64,000 nucleotides of DNA, taken from NCBI GenBank assembly GCA_041694375.1, contig JASMTI010000198.1, forward strand, positions 12,351 through 76,350, in the 5' to 3' direction. The notes beneath the pieces were generated by a model. The model worked only from the letters and a program-made list of their open reading frames with translations. It was not told the DNA's origin and did no database searches. The stretch comes from Bacteroidales bacterium. GTDB taxonomy: Bacteria > Bacteroidota > Bacteroidia > Bacteroidales > Prolixibacteraceae. Shown here one piece after another: positions 48,435 to 59,487 of the stretch (its first letter is position 1; each line of letters opens with the position of its first letter). The position numbers and the translations under genes were made by a program.

Positions 48435-50027
48435 ATGAAGACAAATCAACACAGATTATTTATCAATGTGGTTTTATTTTTTATTGGGATAATGTTTGTA
48501 CCCATCACGGCAAATACGTCTTTTGCACAAAATAGCCCGTATTCCAATGCACCGTACGAAATTGCTCCACTGGATGCACCCTTCGAAATGCCTGATCTAA
48601 AGCGCCCTGTTTTTCCTGACAATACTTTTAATATCAAGGAATTTGGGGCTATAGAGCGCGATGGCGATAAAGTAAAATGTACCGGTGCCATTCACCGTGC
48701 CATCGATGCGGCTGAAGAAGCAGGTGGTGGCAAAGTGCTAATTCCTGAAGGCGAATGGCTTACAGGTCCTATTCACCTTAAAAGCAATATCAACCTTCAT
48801 GTTGAAGAAGGTGCAACGGTATATTTCAGCGAAGATAAAGAAGATTACCTGCCGGTGGTGCATTATCGTCATGAAGGAGTTGAAACCTACAATTATTCTC
48901 CGCTCATTTATGCTTTTGAGCTCGAAAATATTGCCATAACCGGCAAGGGGGTATTCGACGGACAGGCTAAACACTGGCTCGAATTCGGAACTTCTCAACC
49001 TCGCTCAATTGCAACCAAGTTGCCACTTTCACGTCGTAAAAACTTTGGTAAGGGTGCCGGAGCCGAGGGTATGCGCCCTAACTTTATTGTCTTCTGGAAA
49101 TGCAAAAACATTTTGGTTGAAGACGTAACTGTAAGCAATGGGCCAATGTGGAATGTACACCTTATTTATTCCGAGCGGGCCATAATCCGCGGAATTACTG
49201 TGAAGAGTGTAGAATCACACAATGGCGACGGGGTAATCCTCGATTCATCGAAAGACATCCTTGTTGAATACGTTAACCTGAGTACCGGTGATGATGCCGT
49301 GGTAATAAAATCAGGATTTAATGAGGAAGGCCTCAAGATTAATATTCCTACCGAAAATGTTGTGGTACGCAATTATTATGCACACGATGTGGTTACCGGA
49401 AGTGGGGGCGTGGTTTTTGGCAGCGAAACATCTGGCGGTATTCGTAATGTGTATGTTCACGATGCTTTGTTTGAAAATTGCGACCGTGGTATCCGTTTTA
49501 AAACTGCGCGGGGCCGTGGGAATATTACCGAAAATATTTATGTGCGCGATATCGAATTAAGAAACTGCACCTACGAAGCACTGAATTTTAATACTTTTTA
49601 TACCGGTGCAGGCGTGGGCCCTTCTCCTTTGGTGCGTAATATTGATATCCGTAATATTAAGATTGATGGTGTCCCCAATGCAATTGTACTGGTTGGTTTG
49701 CCCGAAAAATGGCTTGAAAACATTCACCTTGAAAACATTGATGTGAAAAACACCGAAGAGGCCATTCGTATCGATAGGGTGAAAAACCTGACCATGAAAA
49801 ACATAAAAGCTATATCTGAGAAAAGGGCAATGGTTGCTGATGATGTGTACGAACTAACACTCGAAAATGTTAATTTAACAGATAATAATGAAGGAGCACC
49901 CATTCAGCTTAAAGGTGAATATACCGGAGTAGTAATCATGCCTGGATATACTGAGGGCATCATTGATTTTGGGAAAGATGTCAGTGATGATGTTATTCTT
50001 GATGAATACCCTTCGGCTGATTGGTAG
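48435..50027 (+). CDS. GH28 polygalacturonase-type glycoside hydrolase
   Basis: Signal peptide, WLTGPIHLKSNINL, catalytic NGDG and GDDAV, GSETSGG, RFK. Confidence 0.92.
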   Translation: MKTNQHRLFINVVLFFIGIMFVPITANTSFAQNSPYSNAPYEIAPLDAPFEMPDLKRPVFPDNTFNIKEFGAIERDGDKVKCTGAIHRAIDAAEEAGGGKVLIPEGEWLTGPIHLKSNINLHVEEGATVYFSEDKEDYLPVVHYRHEGVETYNYSPLIYAFELENIAITGKGVFDGQAKHWLEFGTSQPRSIATKLPLSRRKNFGKGAGAEGMRPNFIVFWKCKNILVEDVTVSNGPMWNVHLIYSERAIIRGITVKSVESHNGDGVILDSSKDILVEYVNLSTGDDAVVIKSGFNEEGLKINIPTENVVVRNYYAHDVVTGSGGVVFGSETSGGIRNVYVHDALFENCDRGIRFKTARGRGNITENIYVRDIELRNCTYEALNFNTFYTGAGVGPSPLVRNIDIRNIKIDGVPNAIVLVGLPEKWLENIHLENIDVKNTEEAIRIDRVKNLTMKNIKAISEKRAMVADDVYELTLENVNLTDNNEGAPIQLKGEYTGVVIMPGYTEGIIDFGKDVSDDVILDEYPSADW

Positions 50028-50076
50028 GTTTTCTTTTTTAGAATAATTTGCCGGGAATCAACTCGAAATAAAAGAT

Positions 50077-50105
50077 AAAAAGCCGGAAATATTTCGGCTT
50101 TTTTT
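50077..50105 (+). terminator. Intrinsic terminator-like hairpin after the first GH28
   Basis: AAAAAGCCG-GAAATATTT-CGGCTTTTTTT. Confidence 0.75.
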
Positions 50106-50126
50106 AATTACTAAACTCAAAAACGT

Positions 50127-51518
50127 ATGAAAACAATTATATCATGTGCCATCGTTGTTGTTTTTTTTGTGTCGTGTACAAACAAAACACAACAACCACA
50201 GGCTGTAACCGATGCCAATGCACCATTGCACCTGTTACAACCCGATTATGACACCCCGTATCAAATTCCTTCGAAGGATGAAATTACCCGTTCGCTGATG
50301 CGAATATTGGATTATTTAGAAGAAACCACACCGGTGGGGCTTATTGATAAAGAAAGCGGTGAAAAAATATATGATTATAAAAATATTAACCTGAACACCA
50401 TAATAGAACCCGGCGATTTTCGCCTTAACAGTTATGAGTGGGGTGTTACATATGCGGGTATGCTTTTGGCAGGGCAGATTTCGGGCAATGATGGTTTCAC
50501 AAAATATACAGCCAGCCGCTTATCTTTTCTTTCTGAAGTTCGACCTTATTTTCAAAAAGCAGAAAAAGAAAATCCAGTCCAGCGTCATGCCTTCACCCAA
50601 ATGTTACATCCACATGCGCTTGATGATGCCGGGGCCATGTGTGCTGCTTTTATTAAAGCCCGCGAGGCCGGACTCATTGATAAAAATGCCGACCCCGTTA
50701 TCAGAAACTATATTGATTACATTAGTAACAAACAATACCGGCTGGATGACGGAACCTTGGCACGCAACCGCCCCTTGCATAATTCGCTATGGCTCGATGA
50801 TTTATTTATGAGTGTTCCTGCTTTGGCACAAATGGGGCGTTATACCGGCGACACAAAATATTTCGACGACGCTGTAAAACAGGTCTTGCAATTCTCGGAG
50901 CGTATGTTCAACCACGAAAAAGGTATTTTTATGCATGCCTGGATCGAAGGTATGGAACAACACCCGCAATATCATTGGGGGCGTGCCAACGGCTGGGCAA
51001 TTATGACCATGGTCGAGCTGCTCGAAGTCCTTCCTGTCGAACATTCCGGATATTCACCCATTGTGGGATTGTTGCAAAAGCACATCGAAGGGCTTGCCCG
51101 TTTACAGTCGCCCGAAGGTTTGTGGCACCAGTTGATCGACCGCAAAGATTCGTACCTCGAAACTTCGGCAACGGCCATTTATGTGTATGCCATTGCACGG
51201 GCCATTAATCGCGGTTATGTCGATGCACAAGCTTATGGCCCCATGCTTTGCTTGGCCTGGAATGCAGTCGATTCAAAAATCAATGCTGCCGGACAGGTTG
51301 AGGGTACATGTGTGGGTACCGGCATGGGTTTTGACCCCGCCTTTTATTATTACCGGCCTGTTAGCCCATATGCCGCTCATGGTTATGGTCCCGTACTTTT
51401 GGCCGGTGCCGAGATGATGAGGCTTCTTAATAATTTTCATCCTAAGATGAATGATAGCGCAATAATGTTTTATCGCGAAAAAATTGATACCGAATCACCT
51501 ATTTTCTCTGTGGACTAA
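50127..51518 (+). CDS. GH105 unsaturated (rhamno)galacturonyl hydrolase, lipoprotein
   Basis: Lipobox FVS-C, SYEWGV, WLDDLFM, WGRANGW, GLWHQL.D, YLETSATA. Confidence 0.92.
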   Translation: MKTIISCAIVVVFFVSCTNKTQQPQAVTDANAPLHLLQPDYDTPYQIPSKDEITRSLMRILDYLEETTPVGLIDKESGEKIYDYKNINLNTIIEPGDFRLNSYEWGVTYAGMLLAGQISGNDGFTKYTASRLSFLSEVRPYFQKAEKENPVQRHAFTQMLHPHALDDAGAMCAAFIKAREAGLIDKNADPVIRNYIDYISNKQYRLDDGTLARNRPLHNSLWLDDLFMSVPALAQMGRYTGDTKYFDDAVKQVLQFSERMFNHEKGIFMHAWIEGMEQHPQYHWGRANGWAIMTMVELLEVLPVEHSGYSPIVGLLQKHIEGLARLQSPEGLWHQLIDRKDSYLETSATAIYVYAIARAINRGYVDAQAYGPMLCLAWNAVDSKINAAGQVEGTCVGTGMGFDPAFYYYRPVSPYAAHGYGPVLLAGAEMMRLLNNFHPKMNDSAIMFYREKIDTESPIFSVD

Positions 51519-51542
51519 TTTGATTATAAAAAAAAATCACCG

Positions 51543-52904
51543 ATGGTACATTTACGCTTTTTATTGTTTTTTTCCCTTTTGGCACTCATGGCCTGCACGG
51601 CTCATTCGCAAATCGGCGTCCGGTTCCCGTCTGAACGAAAGGTGGTTACTGACCCGGTAACCGGGGCAAAGCTGGTTTTTTTGACCAGTACCCCGGCTGG
51701 CGACCACAAAATCTATCAAACCCACAACCAGTGGACTTCCGACGGTGAGTGGCTTATTTTCCGGTCGGGGCGGGTGAAAGGTGAAGCCATGGCTGTTAAC
51801 GAAAAAAAAGGAACAATGGTTCAAGTTACCGAAGGTGGCTACACGGGTATGCTGAATATTGCCCGTAAATCGATGAAGCTTTACTTTATGCGCAGGGCTG
51901 AAAATGAAAAAGATGCCATACATATTGTGGAGGTAAATCTGGAAAAGCTTTTTGCGGATAGTAAAGCCGGAACTTTGAAAGGGGTGGGTGCTTACGAGCG
52001 GATTTGTGGTACGATTCCAGCCGAATGGGGTGCTGGTGGTGATCTGGCACTTGATGGCGATGAAGATTGGGCCTGGTTTAGGACAGGCCGCGATATGGCC
52101 ATGAAACACCTGCCTGACGGTATTGAACCTGAAAAAGATTTTGGTCCGCGTAATATGGGTGCTGGGCCCGGAGGAATCGGTGGCATCAACGTTCATACCG
52201 GAGCGTTGAAATATGTGGTTTCTGTGCCTTTTCAGGTTGGTCATATACAGAGCAACCCATGGGTGCCGGGCCAAATTGTTTTTTGCTGGGAAACCGGTGG
52301 AAAATCACCACAACGTACCTGGATCGTAAAATCTGACGGAACAGGACTGCGGCCATTGTACCCCGAAGCTGAATACGAATGGGTAACCCATGAAGCCGTT
52401 ATCAGCAAAGATGAAGTTGCTTTTGCCATAATGGGCCACCGTCCCATTCCTGAAACCGAAGCCGATACCATAAAAGGCACCGGGGTGAAAGGTGCAAACC
52501 CAGGGCAGGAAGCTTCCTGGGGACCATCGGGAACACGCGAAAAACCTACCGGGCTGGGCATTGTAAACATTGATACACGCGAAATGTATATCGCCGGTCA
52601 GATACCCTATGGAAGTGGATTTTGGCACGTTACAGGTTCGCCCGGCAAACGTTTTGTTGCAGGTGATAACTTTAACCGCGATATATACCTGATTGATCGG
52701 TGGAACAACGAAATGATGTTACTCTCAACAGGGCATAAACGCACTGCTGCTGACCATCCGCATCCCACGTTCAGCCCCGATGGAACCCGCATACAAATTC
52801 AGTTTGCCATGCTGTCGGACGACGATAGGTCGATGAACATCTGCATCATTCATGTGCCTGACGAATGGCTCAAACGTAAATCAGAAAGTTTCAACAACCA
52901 ATAA
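51543..52904 (+). CDS. Oligogalacturonate lyase (PL22)-like beta-propeller
   Basis: D.VTGA.LVFLT, YQTHNQWT.DG, GHIQ.NP, WVTHE, HPHPTFSPDG, and an N-terminal signal peptide. Confidence 0.75.
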   Translation: MVHLRFLLFFSLLALMACTAHSQIGVRFPSERKVVTDPVTGAKLVFLTSTPAGDHKIYQTHNQWTSDGEWLIFRSGRVKGEAMAVNEKKGTMVQVTEGGYTGMLNIARKSMKLYFMRRAENEKDAIHIVEVNLEKLFADSKAGTLKGVGAYERICGTIPAEWGAGGDLALDGDEDWAWFRTGRDMAMKHLPDGIEPEKDFGPRNMGAGPGGIGGINVHTGALKYVVSVPFQVGHIQSNPWVPGQIVFCWETGGKSPQRTWIVKSDGTGLRPLYPEAEYEWVTHEAVISKDEVAFAIMGHRPIPETEADTIKGTGVKGANPGQEASWGPSGTREKPTGLGIVNIDTREMYIAGQIPYGSGFWHVTGSPGKRFVAGDNFNRDIYLIDRWNNEMMLLSTGHKRTAADHPHPTFSPDGTRIQIQFAMLSDDDRSMNICIIHVPDEWLKRKSESFNNQ

Positions 52905-52913
52905 AAATTAGTT

Positions 52914-54473
52914 ATGCTTAAAACTTACCCATTTATCATACTGGCTTTTTTTTTCATTGCAAATGGCGTTTTTGCCAGGCAATATAATATTACAGATTTT
53001 GGTGCCGTGGGCGATGGCTCAACATTAGACACCGAGGCTATAAACAAAGCCATAATAGCGGCTTCAAAAAACGGTGGTGGTACAGTTTATTTTCCGGCAG
53101 GGATTTATGCCTCGTTTTCAATTCATATAAAAAGTAATATCACCTTACATCTTGAAAATGGTTGCACTTTGCTGGCTGCTTCGCCTGACGATTATCCGGG
53201 AGAAGGTTATGATGTTGCAGAGCCAAACTTTTGGGGCGATTCATTGAAGTATCAGGATTTTGGTCACAGCCACTGGCAAAATAGCTTGATTTGGGGCATT
53301 GGTCTTGAGAATATTGTGATTGAAGGTCACGGCGTAATTGATGGGGAAGGGCTTGTTAAACACGGCAGGCGTGAGCCCGGGCTTGGTAATAAGGCCATTG
53401 CTTTAAAGCTTTGCCGCAATGTTACCATAAAAGACATAACCATTTTCAGGGGAGGGCATTTTGGAATTTTACCCACGGGTGTTGAGAATTTTACCATCGA
53501 AAATGTAAAAATCGATTCGAACCGCGATGGCATCAACATCGATTGTTGCCGCAACGTAAACATATCGAATTGCAGGGTAAATACACCCAACGACGATGCC
53601 ATTGTACTAAAAAGCAGCTATGCACTGGGCTATGCACAGGCAACTGATAATGTGGCCATTAGTAACTGCCATGTTTCGGGATACGATTTAGGAACGATGC
53701 TCGATGGTACCTTTCAAACCACGCAGGAACATGCACCCGATAAGGGAGCCGTAACCGGCCGTATAAAATTTGGCACTGAATCAAATGGGGGATTCAAAAA
53801 TATTACCATAAGCAATGTCACTTTCTCGCACTGTAGGGGTTTGGCAATCGAGTCGGTCGATGGTGGTCATATCGAAGATGTAAGTATAAGCAACATTACC
53901 ATGCGCAACATACTCGACTCGGGCTTTTTTATCCGGGTTGGCAGTCGTTTGCGCGGACCTGATGGAATTGTGCCCGGCAAAACCGCCCGAATCAATATTT
54001 CAGATGTCACTATCGAAGGTATTCCGCCCAGCTATTGTGCCATGGTAATGGGCATACCCGGACATCCGGTAAGTGGCGTAAGCTTTAACAACATCAAAAT
54101 AAAAGTAAATGGAGGGGCAACATATGAACAGTCGTTAACTGAAGTGCCCGAAAACGAAGAAGGATACCCTGACCCCATGTATTTTGGCAAATTACCGGCT
54201 CACGGATTCTATGTGAGACATGCCGATAAATTAAAGTTTACAAACATCGACATTACTTTTAATAACGATGATTACCGTCCTGCCTTTATTTTTGAAGACG
54301 TACATGGCGGTTTAATCGAAAATGTTAGCACAATTGAGGTTGAAGGTTATCCTACTGCCATTTTCAAAAAGGTAGGAGATATTGATGTAGTGCGTTTCAA
54401 TAAATTTGAAGATGAGAGGTTGGGGCGTGTTGAGGAGAAGAAATTTGGAGGTAATTCTATGTTATTTGAATGA
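52914..54473 (+). CDS. GH28 glycoside hydrolase, second subtype
   Basis: YNITDFGAVGDG, NRDGINID, NDDAIVLKSS, KFGTES. The RIK motif is replaced by LAIES. Confidence 0.9.
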   Translation: MLKTYPFIILAFFFIANGVFARQYNITDFGAVGDGSTLDTEAINKAIIAASKNGGGTVYFPAGIYASFSIHIKSNITLHLENGCTLLAASPDDYPGEGYDVAEPNFWGDSLKYQDFGHSHWQNSLIWGIGLENIVIEGHGVIDGEGLVKHGRREPGLGNKAIALKLCRNVTIKDITIFRGGHFGILPTGVENFTIENVKIDSNRDGINIDCCRNVNISNCRVNTPNDDAIVLKSSYALGYAQATDNVAISNCHVSGYDLGTMLDGTFQTTQEHAPDKGAVTGRIKFGTESNGGFKNITISNVTFSHCRGLAIESVDGGHIEDVSISNITMRNILDSGFFIRVGSRLRGPDGIVPGKTARINISDVTIEGIPPSYCAMVMGIPGHPVSGVSFNNIKIKVNGGATYEQSLTEVPENEEGYPDPMYFGKLPAHGFYVRHADKLKFTNIDITFNNDDYRPAFIFEDVHGGLIENVSTIEVEGYPTAIFKKVGDIDVVRFNKFEDERLGRVEEKKFGGNSMLFE

Positions 54474-54515
54474 TGTTTATAGCGTAATTTTCAACCGTAT
54501 GTGCAGTCAAAACGT

Positions 54516-54579
54516 TCAATAACCAATAACTCAATTGACCAATGACTCAATGACTCAATTGACTCAATTGACCAATAAA
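54516..54579. repeat. Imperfect 7-9 bp tandem array
   Basis: TCAATAAC CAATAAC TCAATTGAC CAATGAC TCAATGAC TCAATTGAC TCAATTGAC CAATAAA. Confidence 0.85.
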
Positions 54580-54610
54580 AAAAGGCCACCTTCACAGGCA
54601 GCCTTTTTTG
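54577..54610 (-). terminator. Intrinsic terminator of rimP-nusA-infB, possibly bidirectional
   Basis: Minus strand AAAAAAGGCTGCC-TGTGAA-GGTGGCCTTTTTTT. Confidence 0.85.
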
Positions 54611-54631
54611 TATAGTAGTTTTCGCTAATTA

Positions 54632-57600
54632 TTATAATTTTTTGGCAACTTCAACAGTGGTGAACGATTCGATGGTATCACCAACTTTGACGTCGTTAAA
54701 GTTTGCCACGTTTATACCACATTCGTATCCACTCCTAACTTCCTTGGCATCATCTTTAAATCGTTTCAGTGAGCCGAGGTCGCCTGTGTAAATTACAATA
54801 CCGTCGCGGATTACACGAGCTTTATTGTTACGGATTATTTTTCCGTCGCGTACAATACATCCGGCAATGGTACCAACTTTGGTAATTTTATATACCTCCT
54901 GTACTTCTGCCGTACCGGTAATTTCTTCTTTAATTTCAGGCGACAGCATGCCTTCCATTGCCGATTTCAGCTCTTCAATGGCATCGTATATAATTGAATA
55001 CAATCTGATGTCAATTTGTTCCTGTTCTGCCAGTTTGCGTGCTGCAAGAGACGGACGGACCTGGAAACCAATAATGATACCATCGGATGCGGAAGCCAGC
55101 ATAACATCTGATTCAGAAATCTGGCCTACGGCTTTGTGCTTCACATTCACCTGAATTTCTTCAGTTGAGAGTTTAATCAATGAATCGGCAAGGGCTTCGA
55201 TAGAACCATCCACGTCACCTTTGATAATCACATTAAGTTCTTGGAAGTTTCCAATTGCAATGCGTCGTCCAATTTCATCGAGGGTAATGTGTTTTTGGGT
55301 ACGCATACCCTGTTCGCGTTGTAATTGTTCGCGTTTATTGGCAATTTGCCTTGCCTCACGCTCACTGTCCATCACATTAAACTTATCACCAGCCTGTGGT
55401 GCACCATTTAACCCGAGGATCAAGGCTGGTTCGGCCGGGCCGGCTGTTTTAATGCGTTGGTTACGTTCGTTGAACATGGCTTTAACGTGCCCCATGAATT
55501 GTCCGGCAAGAAGGATGTCACCTTCGTTTAATGTACCATTTTCAACCAAAATGGTAGCAACATAACCACGTCCACGGTCAAGGGTAGATTCAATAATTGA
55601 GCCTGTAGCTTTCTTTTTAGGATTAGCCCTAAGCTCAAGAAGTTCGGCTTCAAGCAATACTTTTTCCATCAAATCTTCGATACCAATACCATTTTTGGCA
55701 GATATATCGTGCGATTGATATTTGCCACCCCATTCTTCGACCATATAATTCATATTGGCCAGTTTTTCCTTAATTACATCGGGGTTGGCTCCGGGTTTAT
55801 CAATTTTATTAATTGCAAACACAATAGGCACACCAGCAGCCGTTGCGTGGTTAATGGCCTCAACGGTTTGAGGCATCACACTGTCGTCGGCAGCTACAAT
55901 AATAATGGCAATGTCGGTTACCTGTGCACCACGTGCACGCATGGCGGTAAACGCTTCGTGACCTGGTGTATCGAGAAATGTTATCTGTCGTCCGTCGGGC
56001 ATTTCAACGTTGTATGCACCAATATGCTGTGTGATACCACCGGCCTCGCCTGCAATAACATTTGTTTTGCGTATGTGGTCGAGCAACGAAGTTTTACCGT
56101 GGTCAACGTGTCCCATAACGGTAACAATTGGCGGGCGTGCCTGCATGTCTTCGGGCGAATCTTCCTCTTCTTCGATGGCTTCCATTACCTCGGCACTAAT
56201 AAACTCAACTTTATAGCCAAATTCTTCAGCAACAAGAGATAACGTTTCAGCATCGAGGCGTTGGTTAATTGAAACAAACATACCCAGGGTCATGCAAGTA
56301 GCAATTACCTTGGTAACGTCAACTTCCATCATGTTGGCCAGTTCGTTTACCGAAACAAATTCGGTAACTTGTAATGTTTTTTGTTGTTGTTCGGCTTTTT
56401 CCTGTTCTGTGGCCAATTTTTCACTTGCAGCAGCACGTTTGTCACGGCGATACTTTGCACCTTTTGATTTTGACTTATTGGTTAACCTGGCAAGTGTGTC
56501 CTTAACTTGTTTTTGAACATCTTCCTCCGATATTTCTTTATGTACAGGGCGCTTGCGCTTATTAATGTTGCTACGGTTGCCTTTTCCTTTAGGTGCATTT
56601 CCGCTTTTGTTTTGATCGTTACCCTTGGTTACGTCAACTCGTTCTTTTTTAATCCTTTTACGTTTACGGCGTTTTTGTTCCGAAGTTTTATTTTCGCCGT
56701 TTGCATCTTTCTTTTCGTTTTTCTGATTTTGATCCGACGGTTTATTTTGATTCTGGCGTGCTTTTCTTTCTTCTTCGCGTTGTTTTTTTGTTTTCTTCGG
56801 GGGCCTGGTAAGTTGATTGATGTTACTTAGGTCAATTTTTCCAATAACTTTAACTTCGCGATCTGATTTTGGGATGTTGGTTTTTATTTCATCCTTATTT
56901 TCAGTGCCTTTTTCTTTTTTGGCACTTTCCTCATCATGTTTTTTAGATGCCGGTTTTTCAGGTTTCTTTTCCCCTTTTGGCTTTTCAGGACTCTTTTCCC
57001 CTTTGGGTTTTTCAGGCTTTACCTCTTGTTTTTTAGGGGCTTGTTCTTCTTTTTTTGTATGATCTTCTTTTACAGTTTCTTTTTCGGGTTTTGGGGCTGC
57101 TTTTTCAGCTTTAGGTGCTGCTTTTTCTTCAGCTTCTGGCTTCTCGGGTTTATGATCATTCTTTTCAGGCGAAGATGATTCATTTTTAGGTTCTTCTTTA
57201 CCGGCCGACTTTTTAGAAGGAGCTTTTTTGTCGTCGATATCAATTTTGCCTAATATTTTTACACTTTGCTTTGGCGTTTCTGTTTTAATCTCTTCAACTT
57301 TTTTTGTAGAAGGTTCTTTGGGTGCCGCATTTGATTTTTTTGCACTAAGATCTTTGATGATTACAATATTGTCGTCATCATCTTTATCTTCATCTGAAGC
57401 ATCTTCCAAATCCTGCTTTTCTTCTTCAGATAGATCATCTAGCGTAACCGATTCATTTTTCTGGTGACGGTGAGTTCTGATGTTTAATTTCTCCGATTCC
57501 TTTTTCAAATCGATATCGCTGCTGTATTCTTTTTGCAGGAGAGAGTACTTTTCCTCATCGATTTTTGCATTTGGATTCGGTTCGACTTGATGCCCCTTCT

Positions 57601-57688
57601 TGTTCAGGAACTCAACCATAGTAGCAATTCCTACGTTGAATTCCCTTGCAACTTTACCTAGTCGTTTTGTTCCTTTGCCTGATGTCAT
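54632..57688 (-). CDS. infB: Translation initiation factor IF-2
   Basis: [35 protein letters not shown], and a long K/E-rich N-terminal region. Confidence 0.99.
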   Translation of the reverse strand: MTSGKGTKRLGKVAREFNVGIATMVEFLNKKGHQVEPNPNAKIDEEKYSLLQKEYSSDIDLKKESEKLNIRTHRHQKNESVTLDDLSEEEKQDLEDASDEDKDDDDNIVIIKDLSAKKSNAAPKEPSTKKVEEIKTETPKQSVKILGKIDIDDKKAPSKKSAGKEEPKNESSSPEKNDHKPEKPEAEEKAAPKAEKAAPKPEKETVKEDHTKKEEQAPKKQEVKPEKPKGEKSPEKPKGEKKPEKPASKKHDEESAKKEKGTENKDEIKTNIPKSDREVKVIGKIDLSNINQLTRPPKKTKKQREEERKARQNQNKPSDQNQKNEKKDANGENKTSEQKRRKRKRIKKERVDVTKGNDQNKSGNAPKGKGNRSNINKRKRPVHKEISEEDVQKQVKDTLARLTNKSKSKGAKYRRDKRAAASEKLATEQEKAEQQQKTLQVTEFVSVNELANMMEVDVTKVIATCMTLGMFVSINQRLDAETLSLVAEEFGYKVEFISAEVMEAIEEEEDSPEDMQARPPIVTVMGHVDHGKTSLLDHIRKTNVIAGEAGGITQHIGAYNVEMPDGRQITFLDTPGHEAFTAMRARGAQVTDIAIIIVAADDSVMPQTVEAINHATAAGVPIVFAINKIDKPGANPDVIKEKLANMNYMVEEWGGKYQSHDISAKNGIGIEDLMEKVLLEAELLELRANPKKKATGSIIESTLDRGRGYVATILVENGTLNEGDILLAGQFMGHVKAMFNERNQRIKTAGPAEPALILGLNGAPQAGDKFNVMDSEREARQIANKREQLQREQGMRTQKHITLDEIGRRIAIGNFQELNVIIKGDVDGSIEALADSLIKLSTEEIQVNVKHKAVGQISESDVMLASASDGIIIGFQVRPSLAARKLAEQEQIDIRLYSIIYDAIEELKSAMEGMLSPEIKEEITGTAEVQEVYKITKVGTIAGCIVRDGKIIRNNKARVIRDGIVIYTGDLGSLKRFKDDAKEVRSGYECGINVANFNDVKVGDTIESFTTVEVAKKL

Positions 57689-57733
57689 ATATTAACCTTT
57701 CGAATTTTATTCTTTAAAAATTAAAACCTGTTA

Positions 57734-58969
57734 TTACTCAAATTCAGATTTTAAAACCCTAATTACATTATCAACTGTTTCTTCTTCAAGATCCGACCGT
57801 TTTATAAGGTCTTCACGCGATAGGTTCAATACGTTTTTAGCCGTATCACAACCTATCCCTTTTAATGTGTCGATAATCCAATCTTCTATTTCATCGGTAA
57901 ACTCATCGAGGGTTACATCCTCATCGTCTACCTCTGTTTCGCGGAATACGTCAATTTCGTATCCGGTAAGCTGTCCGGCCAGTTTAATGTTGAGTCCGCC
58001 TTTACCAATAGCCAATGAAACTTCATCGGGTTTAAGGTAAACTTCAGCCCTTTTTTCTTCTTCCTTGATTTTTATACTTGAGACCTTTGCAGGGTTTAAT
58101 GCACGCTGTATGTAAAGTGTAAGGTTTGTTGTGTAATTTATAACGTCGATGTTTTCATTACGCAATTCGCGAACAATTCCGTGAATTCGCGACCCTTTCA
58201 TTCCAACACATGCGCCAACAGGGTCGATACGTTCGTCGTATGATTCAACGGCTACCTTGGCACGTTGCCCGGGTTGGCGTACAATTTTTTTGATGGTGAT
58301 AAGTCCATCAAAAATTTCGGGAACTTCAAGCTCGAACAGGCGCTCGAGAAATGCCGGCTGTGTACGTGATAAGATAATTAATGGATTGTTGTTTTTCAGT
58401 TCTACTTTGTAAACAACAGCCCTTACGTTATCACCTTTGCGAAAGAAATCTGAAGGTATTTGTTCAGTTTTAGGCAAAATAAGCTCGTTACCTTCATCGT
58501 CAAGTACAAGCATTTCTTTTTTCCAAATCTGGTAAACTTCTCCGGTTACGATATCGCCTATCTTATCTTTATATTTATTGTAGATACTGTCTTTTTCGAG
58601 CTCAAGAATACGGCTGGCCAGGTTTTGGCGAAGGTTTAATATAGCCCTTCTGCCAAAGTCATGCAACTTAACCTCATCGCTCACTTCTTCGCCAACTTCA
58701 TAGTCCTCATCAATTTTTTTGGCTTCCGAAAGTGGTATTTCTTTATTGGGGTCGGTAAAATCTTCATCGGCAACGACTTCGCGATAATGCCAAATTTCGA
58801 AGTCACCTTTATCAATATTGATAATGATGTCAAAATTTTCGTCACTCTCGTATTTTTTTTGCAGCATGCTGCGAAAAACGTCTTCGAGAACGCTCATCAT
58901 GGTTGCCCGGTCTATATTTTTTAGTTCCTTAAACTCGGAAAACGTATCAATAAGGCTAAGGTTGTCCAT
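57734..58969 (-). CDS. nusA: Transcription factor NusA
   Basis: S1 and KH domains, FELEVPEIFDG, PGQRAKVAV, DPVGACVG, AIGKGGLNIKLA. Confidence 0.98.
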   Translation of the reverse strand: MDNLSLIDTFSEFKELKNIDRATMMSVLEDVFRSMLQKKYESDENFDIIINIDKGDFEIWHYREVVADEDFTDPNKEIPLSEAKKIDEDYEVGEEVSDEVKLHDFGRRAILNLRQNLASRILELEKDSIYNKYKDKIGDIVTGEVYQIWKKEMLVLDDEGNELILPKTEQIPSDFFRKGDNVRAVVYKVELKNNNPLIILSRTQPAFLERLFELEVPEIFDGLITIKKIVRQPGQRAKVAVESYDERIDPVGACVGMKGSRIHGIVRELRNENIDVINYTTNLTLYIQRALNPAKVSSIKIKEEEKRAEVYLKPDEVSLAIGKGGLNIKLAGQLTGYEIDVFRETEVDDEDVTLDEFTDEIEDWIIDTLKGIGCDTAKNVLNLSREDLIKRSDLEEETVDNVIRVLKSEFE

Positions 58970-58988
58970 TTTTATTCTATTTTATTTT

Positions 58989-59447
58989 TTATTTAAACGA
59001 AATTATATTTTTCACCCTGGGGTTATCGGCAAAGTTAAAACGAAGTGTTTTTACCACTTCAATTTTTTTCTTTTTCTCTTTCTCAATTGTTTTTACCTCA
59101 AGGTCAAATCCATCGTCATCAACACTTTTAATAACGCCCGAAACTTGTTTGTCATTGGCAGGTGTTACTTCAACCTCTTTTCCAATGTTCTTTTCGTATT
59201 GCCGGCGGACCGTAAAAGGTTTTCCCAGTCCGGCAGATGAAACATTAAGTTCAAAATCTTCAATGTCGCGATCGAGTTCTCCTTCTACAGAACGGCTTAC
59301 ATCAATGCATTTTTGAATGCTGACACCGTGGTCCCCATCAATGATTATATCAATAATGTTGCCTTTTTTTACCTGTATGCTTACGATGAAATATTCATCT
59401 GATAATGCTTCCAAGGCATATTTCTCAATCTGTTCTTTCTTTATCAT
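58989..59447 (-). CDS. rimP: Ribosome maturation factor RimP
   Basis: DGDHGVSIQKC, FELNVSSAGL, RQYEKNIG, first gene of the operon. Confidence 0.95.
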   Translation of the reverse strand: MIKKEQIEKYALEALSDEYFIVSIQVKKGNIIDIIIDGDHGVSIQKCIDVSRSVEGELDRDIEDFELNVSSAGLGKPFTVRRQYEKNIGKEVEVTPANDKQVSGVIKSVDDDGFDLEVKTIEKEKKKKIEVVKTLRFNFADNPRVKNIISFK

Positions 59448-59464
59448 GTTGCAAGGCTAATAAA

Positions 59465-59487
59465 ATAGGGGACCAACAGTCCCCTAT
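59465..59487 (-). promoter_or_regulatory. rimP leader hairpin
   Basis: Perfect 9-bp stem ATAGGGGAC/GTCCCCTAT between a -7 box (TATTTTTG, 59510-59517, minus) and the rimP ATG. Confidence 0.65.

Noticed and set aside
51561-52274. 237-aa ORF opposite the PL22-like gene
   Set aside because: Antisense shadow ORF with no motifs, fully inside a well-supported gene.
54516-54579. CRISPR array
   Set aside because: The units are 7-9 bp with no unique spacers, and there are no cas genes.
55709-56242. 177-aa ORF opposite infB
   Set aside because: Antisense shadow of the conserved GTPase domain.
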